Positions 9,089-18,816 of a stretch of 64,000 bases of DNA are shown one piece after another; the first letter of the stretch is position 1, and each line of letters opens with the position of its first letter. The translations under genes were made by a program, and so were the position numbers. Under the pieces are notes generated by a model. The model was given only the letters and a program-made list of their open reading frames with translations. It made no database searches and had not been told where the DNA came from. The stretch spans positions 7,351 through 71,350 of the forward strand of contig NZ_JAZBON010000022.1 of the NCBI RefSeq assembly GCF_036351135.1. The letters are read 5' to 3'. This DNA comes from Erythrobacter sp. (GTDB lineage Bacteria; Pseudomonadota; Alphaproteobacteria; Sphingomonadales; Sphingomonadaceae).

Positions 9089-10186
9089 ATGGGCAAGCTC
9101 ACCGGCATCACGGTCGTAGACCTGACCCAGTTTCTTCCAGGACCCATGATGACCGTCATGATGGCGGACCAGGGGGCCGAAGTCATCAAGATCGAACCAG
9201 AGGCGGGCGATCCGGCGCGGGTTCAGGCTCCGTTCGACACCTATGGCGACACCGAGCACTCGGTCTGGTTCGCCAATCTCAATCGCGGCAAAAAAAGCGT
9301 GGTGCTCGATCTCAAGAGCGCAGCCGGTAAAGCGAGATTGCACGAACTCGTCGCCGAGGCAGACGTCTTTGTCGAGGGGTTCAGGCCCGGCGTGATGGAG
9401 CGGCTCGGTTTCGATTATGAAAGCGTGAAGGCGATCAGGCCAAACATCGTTTATTGCTCGATCTCGGCTTTTGGACAGGAGTGCCCGCTCGCCCATCACC
9501 CGGCGCACGATATGGCGGTACAAGCGCTTGCGGGCTTTCTCTCCGTCAACGATGGACCTGATGGCACGCCCGTGGTTCCCGGCGCGCCGAGCGCCGACCT
9601 TGCCGCCGGACTGACCGCGCTCTCGAGCGTCCTCATGGCGCTCGTCGGGCGCGAGCGGACGGGCGAGGGCGCCCATATCGACTGCGCGATGTTCGACAGC
9701 CTCCTGCCCTGGTGCGCTCATACGGCCGGCAGTGCGATCAAGGGTGGGAAGAGCCCCAAGTCCGCCTCGCAGCGCTCCCTTGGAGGTGCCGCATTTTATC
9801 AGGTGTACGAAACAAGCGATGGCAAACACGTCGTGCTGGGCGGTCGCGAGATAAAGTTCGCGCGCAACCTGTTATCCGCTTTGAAACGCGAAGACTTGCT
9901 GTCCTTAGCGCAGGCGCCGGCGGGTAAGCAGGGTGAGCTCATCGCCTTCCTGCGCGAAACCTTCGCACGGCGGACCCGTGAAGCATGGGTCGAATGGTTC
10001 GCCGGCAAGGACATCGCCTTCTCACCCGTTCTCGATTTTCGCGAGGCCTTCGATGAGCCGCACATCGCTGAGCGCGGACTGCTACTTACAAGCGAAGGCG
10101 GCGGTCGGCACATCGCGCCGCCGGTTCGCTTCGGAGACGAGGACTGGCAGCCCGGCAGGGTCCCCGAAAAAGGCGAGCACAATTAG
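9089..10186 (+). CDS. Family III CoA-transferase (second paralog)
   Basis: 365 aa. LTGITVVDLTQFLPGPMMTVMMADQGAEVIKIEP, NRGKKSVVLDLK, VFVEGFRPGVMERLG. Confidence 0.9.
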   Translation: MGKLTGITVVDLTQFLPGPMMTVMMADQGAEVIKIEPEAGDPARVQAPFDTYGDTEHSVWFANLNRGKKSVVLDLKSAAGKARLHELVAEADVFVEGFRPGVMERLGFDYESVKAIRPNIVYCSISAFGQECPLAHHPAHDMAVQALAGFLSVNDGPDGTPVVPGAPSADLAAGLTALSSVLMALVGRERTGEGAHIDCAMFDSLLPWCAHTAGSAIKGGKSPKSASQRSLGGAAFYQVYETSDGKHVVLGGREIKFARNLLSALKREDLLSLAQAPAGKQGELIAFLRETFARRTREAWVEWFAGKDIAFSPVLDFREAFDEPHIAERGLLLTSEGGGRHIAPPVRFGDEDWQPGRVPEKGEHN

Positions 10187-10198
10187 ATGTCGCGCTCC

Positions 10199-10972
10199 TC
10201 ATTCGTCGACATCGATATGCATGGCGTAGGCGAAGCGATCGCCCGGATGATGGCTGACGGAAATCTCGAACACGTCGCCCTTACCGTCGAAATAGCACCG
10301 CAAAATGCGCAGCACGGGCGACCCCTCGTCAATTACGAGGTCGCTCGCCATCGCGGGATCGGCGATGATCGCCTGGATATCCTGAGTGACCATGCCGACC
10401 TTGATGCCGGCGAGCTTCTCGATCTGGCTGAACAAAGTGCCCGCCGAAAGGTCCATCTGCTCGACCGCCTCCTCCAGACGCTCGTGAAAATAGGCGTCCG
10501 TAGTGGCGATCGGCAGCGCCTCGCCCGAAACCCTTCGAATGCCGCGAAAACGGCTCCAGCTGCCTTTGATCGGCACGCTCATCTGCTCGGCCACGGCGGC
10601 GGGCAACGGTCCCGTGCCGGCTTCCACGTAGGTCACCTCGCTGTCGCGAGCATATTGCAGCAATTCGCCCACATTGGAGAGCGGCTGGTGCAGCGCGCCG
10701 CCATGCGCCGCAGCGGGCTGAACGGTCGTGCCCGAACCGCGCCGGCGAGCGATCAATCCCTCGCTCTCGAGCCGCCGCAAAGCCTCGCGCACGGTGAAAC
10801 GGCTGACGTCGAAACGCTCGCACAAGGCTGTTTCGGTCGGAAAACTGCGCCCGGCAAATTCGCCGGCGAGGATCGCCGCGCGCAATTCCTGCGCCAGCTG
10901 AAGGTAGCGCGGCGTGCGTTTGGCTTTCTTTCCGCTGTTCCGTGTGGCCCTGCTAGCCAAATCACACTCCAT
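10199..10972 (-). CDS. GntR-family transcriptional regulator, HutC-like (winged HTH plus UTRA-type effector domain)
   Basis: 257 aa. N-terminal YLQLAQELRAAILAGEF..FPTETALCERFDVSRFTVREALRRLESEGLIARRRGSGTTV is a classic GntR wHTH. The C-terminal domain of about 160 aa has UTRA-like length. It is the only regulator gene in the island. Confidence 0.9.
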   Translation of the reverse strand: MECDLASRATRNSGKKAKRTPRYLQLAQELRAAILAGEFAGRSFPTETALCERFDVSRFTVREALRRLESEGLIARRRGSGTTVQPAAAHGGALHQPLSNVGELLQYARDSEVTYVEAGTGPLPAAVAEQMSVPIKGSWSRFRGIRRVSGEALPIATTDAYFHERLEEAVEQMDLSAGTLFSQIEKLAGIKVGMVTQDIQAIIADPAMASDLVIDEGSPVLRILRCYFDGKGDVFEISVSHHPGDRFAYAMHIDVDE

Positions 10973-11001
10973 CGACCGTTGGCTGCGCGCGGGGCCGTCG
11001 C

Positions 11002-12228
11002 ATGAGCGAGCCGTTGCTCAAAGACCTCGGTCGGACCCTAGCGCGCCCCATCGGCAAAAGCGAGCGCGCTCGCGCGCGGCTTTACCTGCTCGACTGGTTG
11101 GCCTGCGTTGCGGGCGCGCGGCGGAGCGAGGCCGCCGGGGTAGCGCGGGCGATCTCCGACAAGGGGTGGGAGCGCGCGACGTATCTCGGCAACGTCCTGG
11201 AGATGGACGATGTTCACCGCACCGCGCTGCTCCATCCCGGGCCGGTCGTCTGGCCGGCGGCCCTGAGCGATCCCGCAGCGGGGATGGACCAGGCGCTTGA
11301 TGCAGGCATCCGCAGTTACGAAGCGATGATCGCGGTCGGCGCGGCGATGGGCGCGCATCATTACGCACACTGGCATCCCACCGCGACGATGGGAGTGCTT
11401 GGCGCCTGCGCGGCGACCGGCTCGCTGCTGGGGTTCGGGTCTGAGCAATATGCACAAGCATTGGGCAATGCCGCGTCGGTGGCGGGCGGGTTGTGGCATA
11501 TGCGGCACGACGACGTCCTGACCAAGCAGTGGCACATTTACCATTCCGTGCGCACGGGACGCGAGGCGGCGCTTCACGTCCATCATGGCGCCACCGGGCC
11601 GCAAGCACTGCTGGAGGGGCCGCAGGGCCTGTTCGCCGCAATGACCGACGCGCCCGGTACGCTCCGCACTGCAGGAGATGGATGGCTGATAGAGGAGGTC
11701 AGCTTCAAGCCCTTTGCCGCATGTCGCCACACCCACCCGGCTATCGACGCCGCTATGGAATTGCGCAAGGAAGGCAGGCTCGCGGCGCCCTTCGAGGTGG
11801 AGACCTTCGCCGACGCCTTACGCTTTTGCGACCGGCCCGATCCCGGAAACGAGCTGGAGGCAAAGTTCTCGCTTCAGCATGCGGTCGCGGTGGTGGCCGG
11901 TGGGCGAGAGGCGGAGCCGGAAGACTTCACCCACGAGGCGATCGCTGCGCTTGCACCTTTGCGGGCTAAGGTAAGCGTGCGCGAAGACCCGGCTATTACA
12001 GTGCGTTACCCCGCACATTTCGGAGCGCGCGTGAACGGTTACGAGCTGGTTGATACGCTGGGCGATCCCGAGCGGCCGGTCGAACCTGCGCGCGTCGTCG
12101 CCAAGATGGAGAGCCTCGCCAAATGGGGCGGGCTGTCCGGCCGGGAGGTGGAGCGGGCGGTCGAGCTCGCAGTAGAGGGCGACGACGTTCAAGCGCTCTC
12201 CGCGATGCTGACGGAGTGGACGCGGTGA
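11002..12228 (+). CDS. MmgE/PrpD-family protein (paralog 1)
   Basis: 408 aa. RARLYLLDWLACVAGA, DDVHRTALLHPGPVVWPAAL, and the family's C-terminal alpha/beta part. Its start is only 29 bp from the divergent gntR start. Confidence 0.85.
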   Translation: MSEPLLKDLGRTLARPIGKSERARARLYLLDWLACVAGARRSEAAGVARAISDKGWERATYLGNVLEMDDVHRTALLHPGPVVWPAALSDPAAGMDQALDAGIRSYEAMIAVGAAMGAHHYAHWHPTATMGVLGACAATGSLLGFGSEQYAQALGNAASVAGGLWHMRHDDVLTKQWHIYHSVRTGREAALHVHHGATGPQALLEGPQGLFAAMTDAPGTLRTAGDGWLIEEVSFKPFAACRHTHPAIDAAMELRKEGRLAAPFEVETFADALRFCDRPDPGNELEAKFSLQHAVAVVAGGREAEPEDFTHEAIAALAPLRAKVSVREDPAITVRYPAHFGARVNGYELVDTLGDPERPVEPARVVAKMESLAKWGGLSGREVERAVELAVEGDDVQALSAMLTEWTR

Positions 12229-13529
12229 CGGGGGCTGCGGACCATACCGGGGCGATCCTCGACTTTGCAGGCGCCGATCATGTGCTTCCTGCAAACATTC
12301 GCGCCGGTGCCGAGCGCTTGCTGGCGGACACCCTTGCGGTCGGCGCGGCGGGGGCGCACTCGGCTGAAGCGGCCAAGCTGCGGAACGTCTTCCAACGCGA
12401 GGGCGGTGCTGCACGGATGCTGTCGGGCGGTCGCACCGCGCCCGGCGAGGCTGCGTTATTCAATGGTTTTGCGATCCACTGCCTTGAATGGGATGCGGTG
12501 CACGAGGGCGCGGTGGTGCACGCGCTTTCGGTGGTCACCGCGGCGCTGCTGGCGCAATCAGATGCGCAAGGCGGGAGCGAGCGGGAGGCTTTCCTGACAG
12601 CATTGGCAATCGGGGTCGATATCGCGAGCGGCATGGGCCTCGCAGCTACCGAACCGATGCAGTTCTTCCGCCCGGCCACCGCGGGCGTGATCGGGGCCAG
12701 CCTGGCCTGCGCACGGCTCGCGGAACTGCCGCGAGACAGAATGGGCGATGTCCTCGGCCTTGCCTATTCCTTCGCCGGTGGCACGATGCAGGCGCATGTC
12801 GAAGCCTCGCTCGCGTTGCCGCTGCAGATCGGCAATGCCGCGCGCTGCGCCGTCACCGCCGTCGCGCTGGCCGAAGCGGGCATGGATGGGCCACAGGACG
12901 CGCTCGAAGGGCCGTTCGGCTATTCGAAGCTGATCGAGCCGCTCGATCTGGAACGCTACATTGCCGATATCGGTTCGAAGTGGCGGATCGGTGAGGTGGC
13001 GGTCAAACCCTTCCCCTCGGGTCGCGCGAGCCATGGCGCGCTGGGCGAACTTGAGAAGCTGCATCGCGGTGGATGGAGGCCGGGCGATGTGGAAAGCATC
13101 GAACTTTTCGCCCCGCCGCTCATCGAGAGGCTGGTCGCACGGCCGTACAAACCGTCGATGAGCGCTGCCTATGCGCGGCTTTGCCTGGGTGTGCTGGCGC
13201 CGGTGATGCTGCGCGATGGTAACATCGATCCGGCGCTGTTCGATGGCGACGCGCTCTATGCGCCTGAACTGGCGGAGCTTGCGCCGCGTGTTGCGGTCAG
13301 CTGCGACGGTAATCCGGACGGCAATGCCATGACGCCTCAGCGCCTCGTCATCACGTGCAAGAACGGCGAGGTAATCGAGCGGCGGATCGACGCGAGCCTC
13401 GGCAGTCCCGCAAGCCCGATGAATGACGAACAAAGTGCCGCAAAACGCACGCTCGCACGCCGTCACGCCGGACATTCCGATGCGCGCATCTTCGAGGCTC
13501 CCCTCTCCTACGCAACGGAACCGCAATGA
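12225..13529 (+). CDS. MmgE/PrpD-family protein (paralog 2)
   Basis: The track ORF 12123-13529 overlaps the upstream gene. The likely start is the GTG at 12225 (GTGA overlap with the stop at 12228) or the GTG at 12216. LLADTLAVGAAGAHS, FAIHCLEWDAVHEGAVVHALSVV. Confidence 0.8.
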   Translation: MTGAADHTGAILDFAGADHVLPANIRAGAERLLADTLAVGAAGAHSAEAAKLRNVFQREGGAARMLSGGRTAPGEAALFNGFAIHCLEWDAVHEGAVVHALSVVTAALLAQSDAQGGSEREAFLTALAIGVDIASGMGLAATEPMQFFRPATAGVIGASLACARLAELPRDRMGDVLGLAYSFAGGTMQAHVEASLALPLQIGNAARCAVTAVALAEAGMDGPQDALEGPFGYSKLIEPLDLERYIADIGSKWRIGEVAVKPFPSGRASHGALGELEKLHRGGWRPGDVESIELFAPPLIERLVARPYKPSMSAAYARLCLGVLAPVMLRDGNIDPALFDGDALYAPELAELAPRVAVSCDGNPDGNAMTPQRLVITCKNGEVIERRIDASLGSPASPMNDEQSAAKRTLARRHAGHSDARIFEAPLSYATEPQ

Positions 13530-14893
13530 CCTATCCGACCTATTTCGAAGCGTTCGATCACCGCCAACTGCTCGCCGACTACCCGATCGGCAAAGCCTTC
13601 ACCGATCGGTATTCCAGCATGAGCCGCGATGAACTTTTCGCACTCCAGGACGCGCAATTTGGTCGGCTGATGAAGCGTGGCTGGCAGGTGCCGTTCTACC
13701 GGCGCCTGTGGGGCGAAAAGGGCATTGAGCCGGGTGATATTCGGGGCCTGAAGGACATCGGCAAGCTTCCAGTCTACGACAAGAGCGACCTGATGGCCTC
13801 GATCGCCGAGCACGCGCCCTTCGGCGACTTCCACGGCATGGGCGCGCCTGAAAGCCGTGCTCCGACGATCTTCCACACGACGTCGGGCACGACCGGAAAA
13901 CCGCAGACGCTGATGTTCGGTCCCAAGGGCCGCGAGGTCGGCAATCTGCTGGTCGGGCGAATGTATCGCTGGATGGGTTTGCAGTCCGACGACGTCGTCC
14001 ATTCGGTTTACGGACACGGTATGATCAATGGCGGACACTACATCCGAGAGGCGGTGACACACTTTACCAATTCGGTTTTCCTTTCGGCGGGAACGGGCAT
14101 CGAGACACGCAGTGTCAATCAGGTGCGCCTGATGGCCGATTTCGGCGTGACCGCCATCGTCGGCTTCGTCGATTACATCCGCAAACTGGCGGAGACCGCG
14201 GAGGCGGAAGGTCTCTTCGATCAGATCGACATCCGCATGATCATCGGACATCTCGGCACTGAGGACCGGGCTAGTACCGAGGCAGCATGGCACGGCGCGA
14301 AGGCCTATGACTGGTATGGAGTGGGCGACACCGGGTCGATTGCTGGCGAAGGCCCCGAGCGCGACGGTATGTATGTCTGGGAGGACGCACAATATCTCGA
14401 ACTACTCGGCGTCGACGATGGCAAGCCCGTGGCGCAGGGCGAAACCGGCGACATGGTGGTAACTTGCCTCTACAAGGACGACATCGCGCCGTGCATCCGT
14501 TTCAACACGCACGACATTACCCATGAACTTGATGGGCGCGGTGAGATCGTGTTCAAGCGGATCGCCGGTTTCAAGGGCCGCAGCGACAATATGGTGAAGC
14601 TGCGCGGCATCAACGTCTTCCCGCATGCCATCGGCTCCATCATCGAGAATCGCGCGGACCTGACGGGCGAGTATGTTTGCCATCTCCACCGCGATGAGCA
14701 TCAGAAGGACCACATGCGCGTGACGCTGGAAAGTCGCGGGGGAACCGACGCGGGCGCGCTTGCCGAGACGCTGAAGCAGGGGCTCGGGGTCGAGGTGGAG
14801 GTAGTCCTTTGCGAGCCGGGCGGCACCGCGAAGGCGACAGAGATCGACACTCGCCAGAAACCGCTCCGCCTGATCGACGAGCGAGGAGTCTGA
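13526..14893 (+). CDS. PaaK-like adenylate-forming acyl-CoA ligase (phenylacetate-CoA ligase family)
   Basis: 455 aa. ATGA overlap with the upstream stop. VPFYRRLWGEKGIEPGDIRGLKDIGKLPVYDKSDL and the P-loop-like IFHTTSGTTGKPQ are characteristic of the PaaK/F390-synthetase clade. Confidence 0.8.
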   Translation: MTYPTYFEAFDHRQLLADYPIGKAFTDRYSSMSRDELFALQDAQFGRLMKRGWQVPFYRRLWGEKGIEPGDIRGLKDIGKLPVYDKSDLMASIAEHAPFGDFHGMGAPESRAPTIFHTTSGTTGKPQTLMFGPKGREVGNLLVGRMYRWMGLQSDDVVHSVYGHGMINGGHYIREAVTHFTNSVFLSAGTGIETRSVNQVRLMADFGVTAIVGFVDYIRKLAETAEAEGLFDQIDIRMIIGHLGTEDRASTEAAWHGAKAYDWYGVGDTGSIAGEGPERDGMYVWEDAQYLELLGVDDGKPVAQGETGDMVVTCLYKDDIAPCIRFNTHDITHELDGRGEIVFKRIAGFKGRSDNMVKLRGINVFPHAIGSIIENRADLTGEYVCHLHRDEHQKDHMRVTLESRGGTDAGALAETLKQGLGVEVEVVLCEPGGTAKATEIDTRQKPLRLIDERGV

Positions 14894-14899
14894 GAACGC

Positions 14900-16051
14900 A
14901 TGCTCGACGCCTATAACGCCTTTCTCTATCGCGACGACGACGCGACAGGCGGCGAAGGCGCGCTCGCGGGCCTGTCGATCGGGGTGAAGGCGAATATAGC
15001 GGTCGAAGGGATGCCCCTCCATGCGGGGCTCGGCGCATGGAAAAGCCGCGTCGCCGAAGAAGACGCGGAGGTCGTTCGCCGCCTTCGCAAAGCGGGCGCG
15101 GCCATCATCGGCATCCTGAACATGGAAGAAGGCGCGCTCGGCGCAAAGACCGATAACCCGCATTTCGGCCCAACCCACAATCCGCATCGCCATGGCTATT
15201 CTCCCGGCGGCTCGTCCGGAGGCAGCGGCGCGGCGGTCGCAGCGGGACTGTGCGATGTGGCGCTAGGCACCGACACGATGGGTTCGGTGCGCATCCCGGC
15301 GGCGCATTGCGGGGTCTACGGCTTCAAACCGGCGACGGATCGTGTTAGCCAGGAGGGATTGATCCCTGCCGACCGTTCGCTCGACGCCATTGGTCCCCTC
15401 GCGCGCGACCTCGACACGCTCGAGAAGGTTTCGCGAGTGATCTCCGATTTCGGGGACGGTCATGAGCAATATGAGGGCGCGGTATTAGCGAGGCACGGGG
15501 TCGAGGTGAAGCCGCAGGTCGAAAAAGCGTTCGAGCGCGCGCTTGCCGGCCTTCGCGGGACACCGGCCGAAATCAGCCTCGAAGAGCCCAACAGCCGCAT
15601 TCGTTTCGCCGGCTTTATTCGCGTGTCGAAAGCGCTGGCGGACGATCTCGGGGGCGTCGCCAAGTCCGATCGCCTTGCAAAGCTTCTGACCTATGGACCA
15701 GGGCGCTCGATCGCCGATTGGGCCGAGGACCAGGCGATCCTTGATCGCACGGCGAAACGCGTGAACGCAATCCTCGAGGAACACGGCTTTCTCATAATGC
15801 CAAGCGTACCCAACCCGCCATTCCCGCATTCCGAACCCGAGCCCGCTGCGCAGGCCGACTTCACCTGCCTCGCCAACATCGCAGGCTGCCCCGCGCTTAG
15901 CATGCCGATGGGCTACACCGAGGATGGCCTGCCGCTCGGTGTGCAGATCGTGGGCAGTCCCGGCTACGAGGCCGGGCTGTTCGCGCTCGCCCGCTATCTC
16001 GACAACAATCTGCGCGCCTACCGGGCGCCCGAATCGGCCAGAGGAGCCTGA
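14900..16051 (+). CDS. Amidase-signature family amidase
   Basis: 383 aa. GVKANIAVEGMP (catalytic Lys context), GGSSGGSGAAVAAGL, and GTDTMGSVRIPAAHCGVYGFKP. Confidence 0.9.
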   Translation: MLDAYNAFLYRDDDATGGEGALAGLSIGVKANIAVEGMPLHAGLGAWKSRVAEEDAEVVRRLRKAGAAIIGILNMEEGALGAKTDNPHFGPTHNPHRHGYSPGGSSGGSGAAVAAGLCDVALGTDTMGSVRIPAAHCGVYGFKPATDRVSQEGLIPADRSLDAIGPLARDLDTLEKVSRVISDFGDGHEQYEGAVLARHGVEVKPQVEKAFERALAGLRGTPAEISLEEPNSRIRFAGFIRVSKALADDLGGVAKSDRLAKLLTYGPGRSIADWAEDQAILDRTAKRVNAILEEHGFLIMPSVPNPPFPHSEPEPAAQADFTCLANIAGCPALSMPMGYTEDGLPLGVQIVGSPGYEAGLFALARYLDNNLRAYRAPESARGA

Positions 16052-16054
16052 TCC

Positions 16055-16363
16055 ATGCGTATTATCTGCCTTTTCAACCTGAAGGACGGGGTCGATATCT
16101 CCGAATACGAGGAATGGGCGAAAACTCGGGACATCCCGAAGGTCAACGGTCTCGGCTCGGTAAACTCCTTCACGGTTCACCGGGCAACGGGCGTCTTTGG
16201 CGATGATCAGGCGACGCCGCATTTCGGCTATATCGAAATCATCGACATCACCGGCCTCGAAAAATTCGTCTCAGAAATTTCGAGCGACGACTTCCAGCAG
16301 GCCGCCGCTCCGTTCCAGGGGTTTGCCGACAATCCGCAATTCATCCTGACCGAGAACCTTTAG
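16055..16363 (+). CDS. Small (102 aa) protein, possibly dimeric alpha/beta-barrel (EthD/REDY-like) fold
   Basis: Tightly packed between the amidase and SDR genes (3-4 bp gaps), with coding-like composition. The fold guess rests only on length and the MRIICLFNLKDGVDISEYEEW pattern. Confidence 0.6.
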   Translation: MRIICLFNLKDGVDISEYEEWAKTRDIPKVNGLGSVNSFTVHRATGVFGDDQATPHFGYIEIIDITGLEKFVSEISSDDFQQAAAPFQGFADNPQFILTENL

Positions 16364-16367
16364 AACA

Positions 16368-17168
16368 ATGGGGAAGTTCAGCGGCAAGACGATCGTCGTC
16401 ACCGGATCGGGCAAGCGGAAGGGGCTGGGCCAGGGCATCCTTCAGGCCTTCGCCGACGAAGGCGCCAATTGCGTTGTCTCCGACCTAGCTATCGACGACG
16501 AGGCCGAAGCCGTCGCCGAAGAATTGCGCCGGCGCGGTGCTAAAGTGACCATGATCGCATGCGACGTGGCGAAGGCGGAGCAGTGCACAGACCTCGTTGC
16601 GCGGGCGATCGAAGTTTTCGGCGCGGTCGATGTGATGGTCAACAATGCCGGGATCGGCTTCAAGATGAAACCACTGCTCGACGTCGACACTGCCGATGAA
16701 TGGGACCAGGTGATTGCGGTCAATCTTTCAGGCGCGTTCTATTGCACACAGGCCGCGGCGCGCGCGATGGTCGAAAAAGGCACTGGCGGGCGCATCATCA
16801 ACATCGCAAGCCAGGCGGCGAAGACCGGCTTTCCGCACCTTCCCGCCTATGTCTCGTCGAAGCACGGCATGGTTGGGCTGACCCGCGCAAGCGCTGTCGA
16901 ACTGGGCGCGCATGGGATTACCGTCAATGCGGTGTGTCCCAACCACGTCACCACGGGGCTTGGCGCGCAGCAGAACGAGTACTTCTCCAAGCTCTTGGGC
17001 TTCGAAAGCGTCGAGGAATATCTCGCCAATATGAGCGCGAAGAATCCGATGGGACGACCCGGCCTGCCGAGCGACACGGCGGCGGCATGCCTGTGGCTAG
17101 CAAGCGATGAAGCATTCTATATCACGGGCGAAGCGCTGAATGTCAGCGGCGGTGAGGAGATGCACTGA
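16368..17168 (+). CDS. Short-chain dehydrogenase/reductase (FabG-like)
   Basis: 266 aa. TGSGKRKGLGQGI cofactor loop, NNAG, and catalytic SxnYxxxK (IASQAA...YVSSKHG). Confidence 0.9.
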   Translation: MGKFSGKTIVVTGSGKRKGLGQGILQAFADEGANCVVSDLAIDDEAEAVAEELRRRGAKVTMIACDVAKAEQCTDLVARAIEVFGAVDVMVNNAGIGFKMKPLLDVDTADEWDQVIAVNLSGAFYCTQAAARAMVEKGTGGRIINIASQAAKTGFPHLPAYVSSKHGMVGLTRASAVELGAHGITVNAVCPNHVTTGLGAQQNEYFSKLLGFESVEEYLANMSAKNPMGRPGLPSDTAAACLWLASDEAFYITGEALNVSGGEEMH

Positions 17169-18055
17169 TGGCTCTCGCCGAAGAACGCATGGATTGGCCG
17201 GGCGGCGCGAAACTGGCGCTCAGCGTTGTCGTCAATGTCGAGGAAGGCAGCGAAATGACCATCGCGCGCGGCGATCGCGGGATGGAGCCAGTCGACGAGC
17301 TGGGCGTTTTCGTAAAAGCGAAGATGCGCAATTACTCGAATGAGAGCAATTACCTCTACGGCATCAAGGCAGGCGCGCCGCGCATCGTCAAATTGCTGAA
17401 GCAGTACGACATGATGGCGAGCTGGACCGTCGCGGCGCTCGCCCTCGAAAACCACCCCGAAATCGCCGCAGCGATCGTGGAGCTCGGGCACGAACCGGTC
17501 AGCCACGGCTGGCGCTGGGTCCACCAGTTCAAGATGGACGGGGAGGAGGAGCGCGCCTTCATTCGCAAAGCCGTCACCAGCATCGAGAAGAGCTGCGGCG
17601 TTCGCCCTTATGGCTGGCTCTCGCGCTACCTGCTTACCGACAATACGCGGCGGCTTTTGAGCGAGGAGGGCTTCACCTACCACATGGACGATTACAGCGG
17701 CGACGTGCCGTTCTGGGATCGCGGGACCGGTCCGGGAAAGCCTCCGGAAAACAAACCGATGTGCATCGTCCCCTATCAACTCGACAGCAACGATATGAAG
17801 ATGTGGACCGACCCGGCCCTGACCCCGCATCAATGGCTCGACTATGCCAAGGCTAATTTCGACCAGCTCTACCTTGAGGGCAAAGAGGGCAACCCGAAGA
17901 TGATGAGCCTCGGCCTGCATCTGCGCATCATCGGCCGCCCGGGTCGCATTTGGGCGCTCGAGGAGTTCTTCCGGCACGTTCGCAAGCACGAGGATGTCTG
18001 GATCGCCACGCGCAGGGCGATCGCCGATCATTTCATTGAGAACAATCCCGCATGA
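17168..18055 (+). CDS. Polysaccharide-deacetylase-fold amidohydrolase (PuuE/allantoinase-like)
   Basis: 295 aa. ATGA-type overlap with the SDR stop. WPGGAKLALSVVVNVEEGSE, EPVSHGWRW, YHMDDYSGDVPFW and SLGLHLRIIGRPGR resemble PuuE-type deacetylase-family enzymes. Confidence 0.8.
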   Translation: MALAEERMDWPGGAKLALSVVVNVEEGSEMTIARGDRGMEPVDELGVFVKAKMRNYSNESNYLYGIKAGAPRIVKLLKQYDMMASWTVAALALENHPEIAAAIVELGHEPVSHGWRWVHQFKMDGEEERAFIRKAVTSIEKSCGVRPYGWLSRYLLTDNTRRLLSEEGFTYHMDDYSGDVPFWDRGTGPGKPPENKPMCIVPYQLDSNDMKMWTDPALTPHQWLDYAKANFDQLYLEGKEGNPKMMSLGLHLRIIGRPGRIWALEEFFRHVRKHEDVWIATRRAIADHFIENNPA

Positions 18056-18816
18056 CCCTAAGCCTTGAGATCGAAGGGGCAACCGCGAACCTGCTGATCG
18101 ATCGGCCGGATCGGCGAAATGCATTCGATATGGCAATGTGGGAGGCGATGCCCGCTCTGCTGGAACGGGCGGTAAAGACCAGCGGTGTGCGGTTGCTGGT
18201 CATCCGTTCGGCCACGCCGGCTTCCGCATTCTGCGCTGGCGCGGATATTCGAGAATTGCTTGCGAACAAGGACGATGCAGCTTGGCGTACGGCCAATCAG
18301 CGCGCGATCAATCGCGTCCAGTACGAGCTGGCGCGCCTGCCTCTGCCGACGCTCGCTTTTATTGAAGGCGACTGCATCGGCGGCGGATGCGGGATCGCGC
18401 TCGCCTGCGACCTGCGGCTGGCGACGCGGGAGGCGCGCTTCGGTATCACGCCGGCCAAGCTCGGTCTCGTCTATCCGCTGCATGATGTGAAGCTGCTGAC
18501 CGATCTCGTCGGACCGGGGCAGGCGAAGCGCCTTCTGTATTCTGGCGCGTTGATCGACGCCGAAGAAGCGCTTCGCATCTCGCTGATCGAACAGATCGCC
18601 GACGATCCGGGGCCCATGATCGAAGCCCTGTGCGCGGCCAGCCCGCATTCGATCCGCGAGATCAAGCGCTTCGTGCGCCGCGTCCTCGACGGCCAGGCCG
18701 AGGATGATGACGAAACCCGCCGCGTCTTCGCCGATGCCTTTTTGGGGCGCGACTTTCTCGAAGGCACGACGGCGTTCGTCGAAAGGCGCAAACCCCGCTT
18801 TGGGATGGGCGAATGA
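18052..18816 (+). CDS. Enoyl-CoA hydratase/isomerase (crotonase) family
   Basis: 254 aa. LIDRPDRRNAF, FCAGADIREL, AFIEGDCIGGGCGIALACDLRLA. Confidence 0.9.
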   Translation: MTLSLEIEGATANLLIDRPDRRNAFDMAMWEAMPALLERAVKTSGVRLLVIRSATPASAFCAGADIRELLANKDDAAWRTANQRAINRVQYELARLPLPTLAFIEGDCIGGGCGIALACDLRLATREARFGITPAKLGLVYPLHDVKLLTDLVGPGQAKRLLYSGALIDAEEALRISLIEQIADDPGPMIEALCAASPHSIREIKRFVRRVLDGQAEDDDETRRVFADAFLGRDFLEGTTAFVERRKPRFGMGE

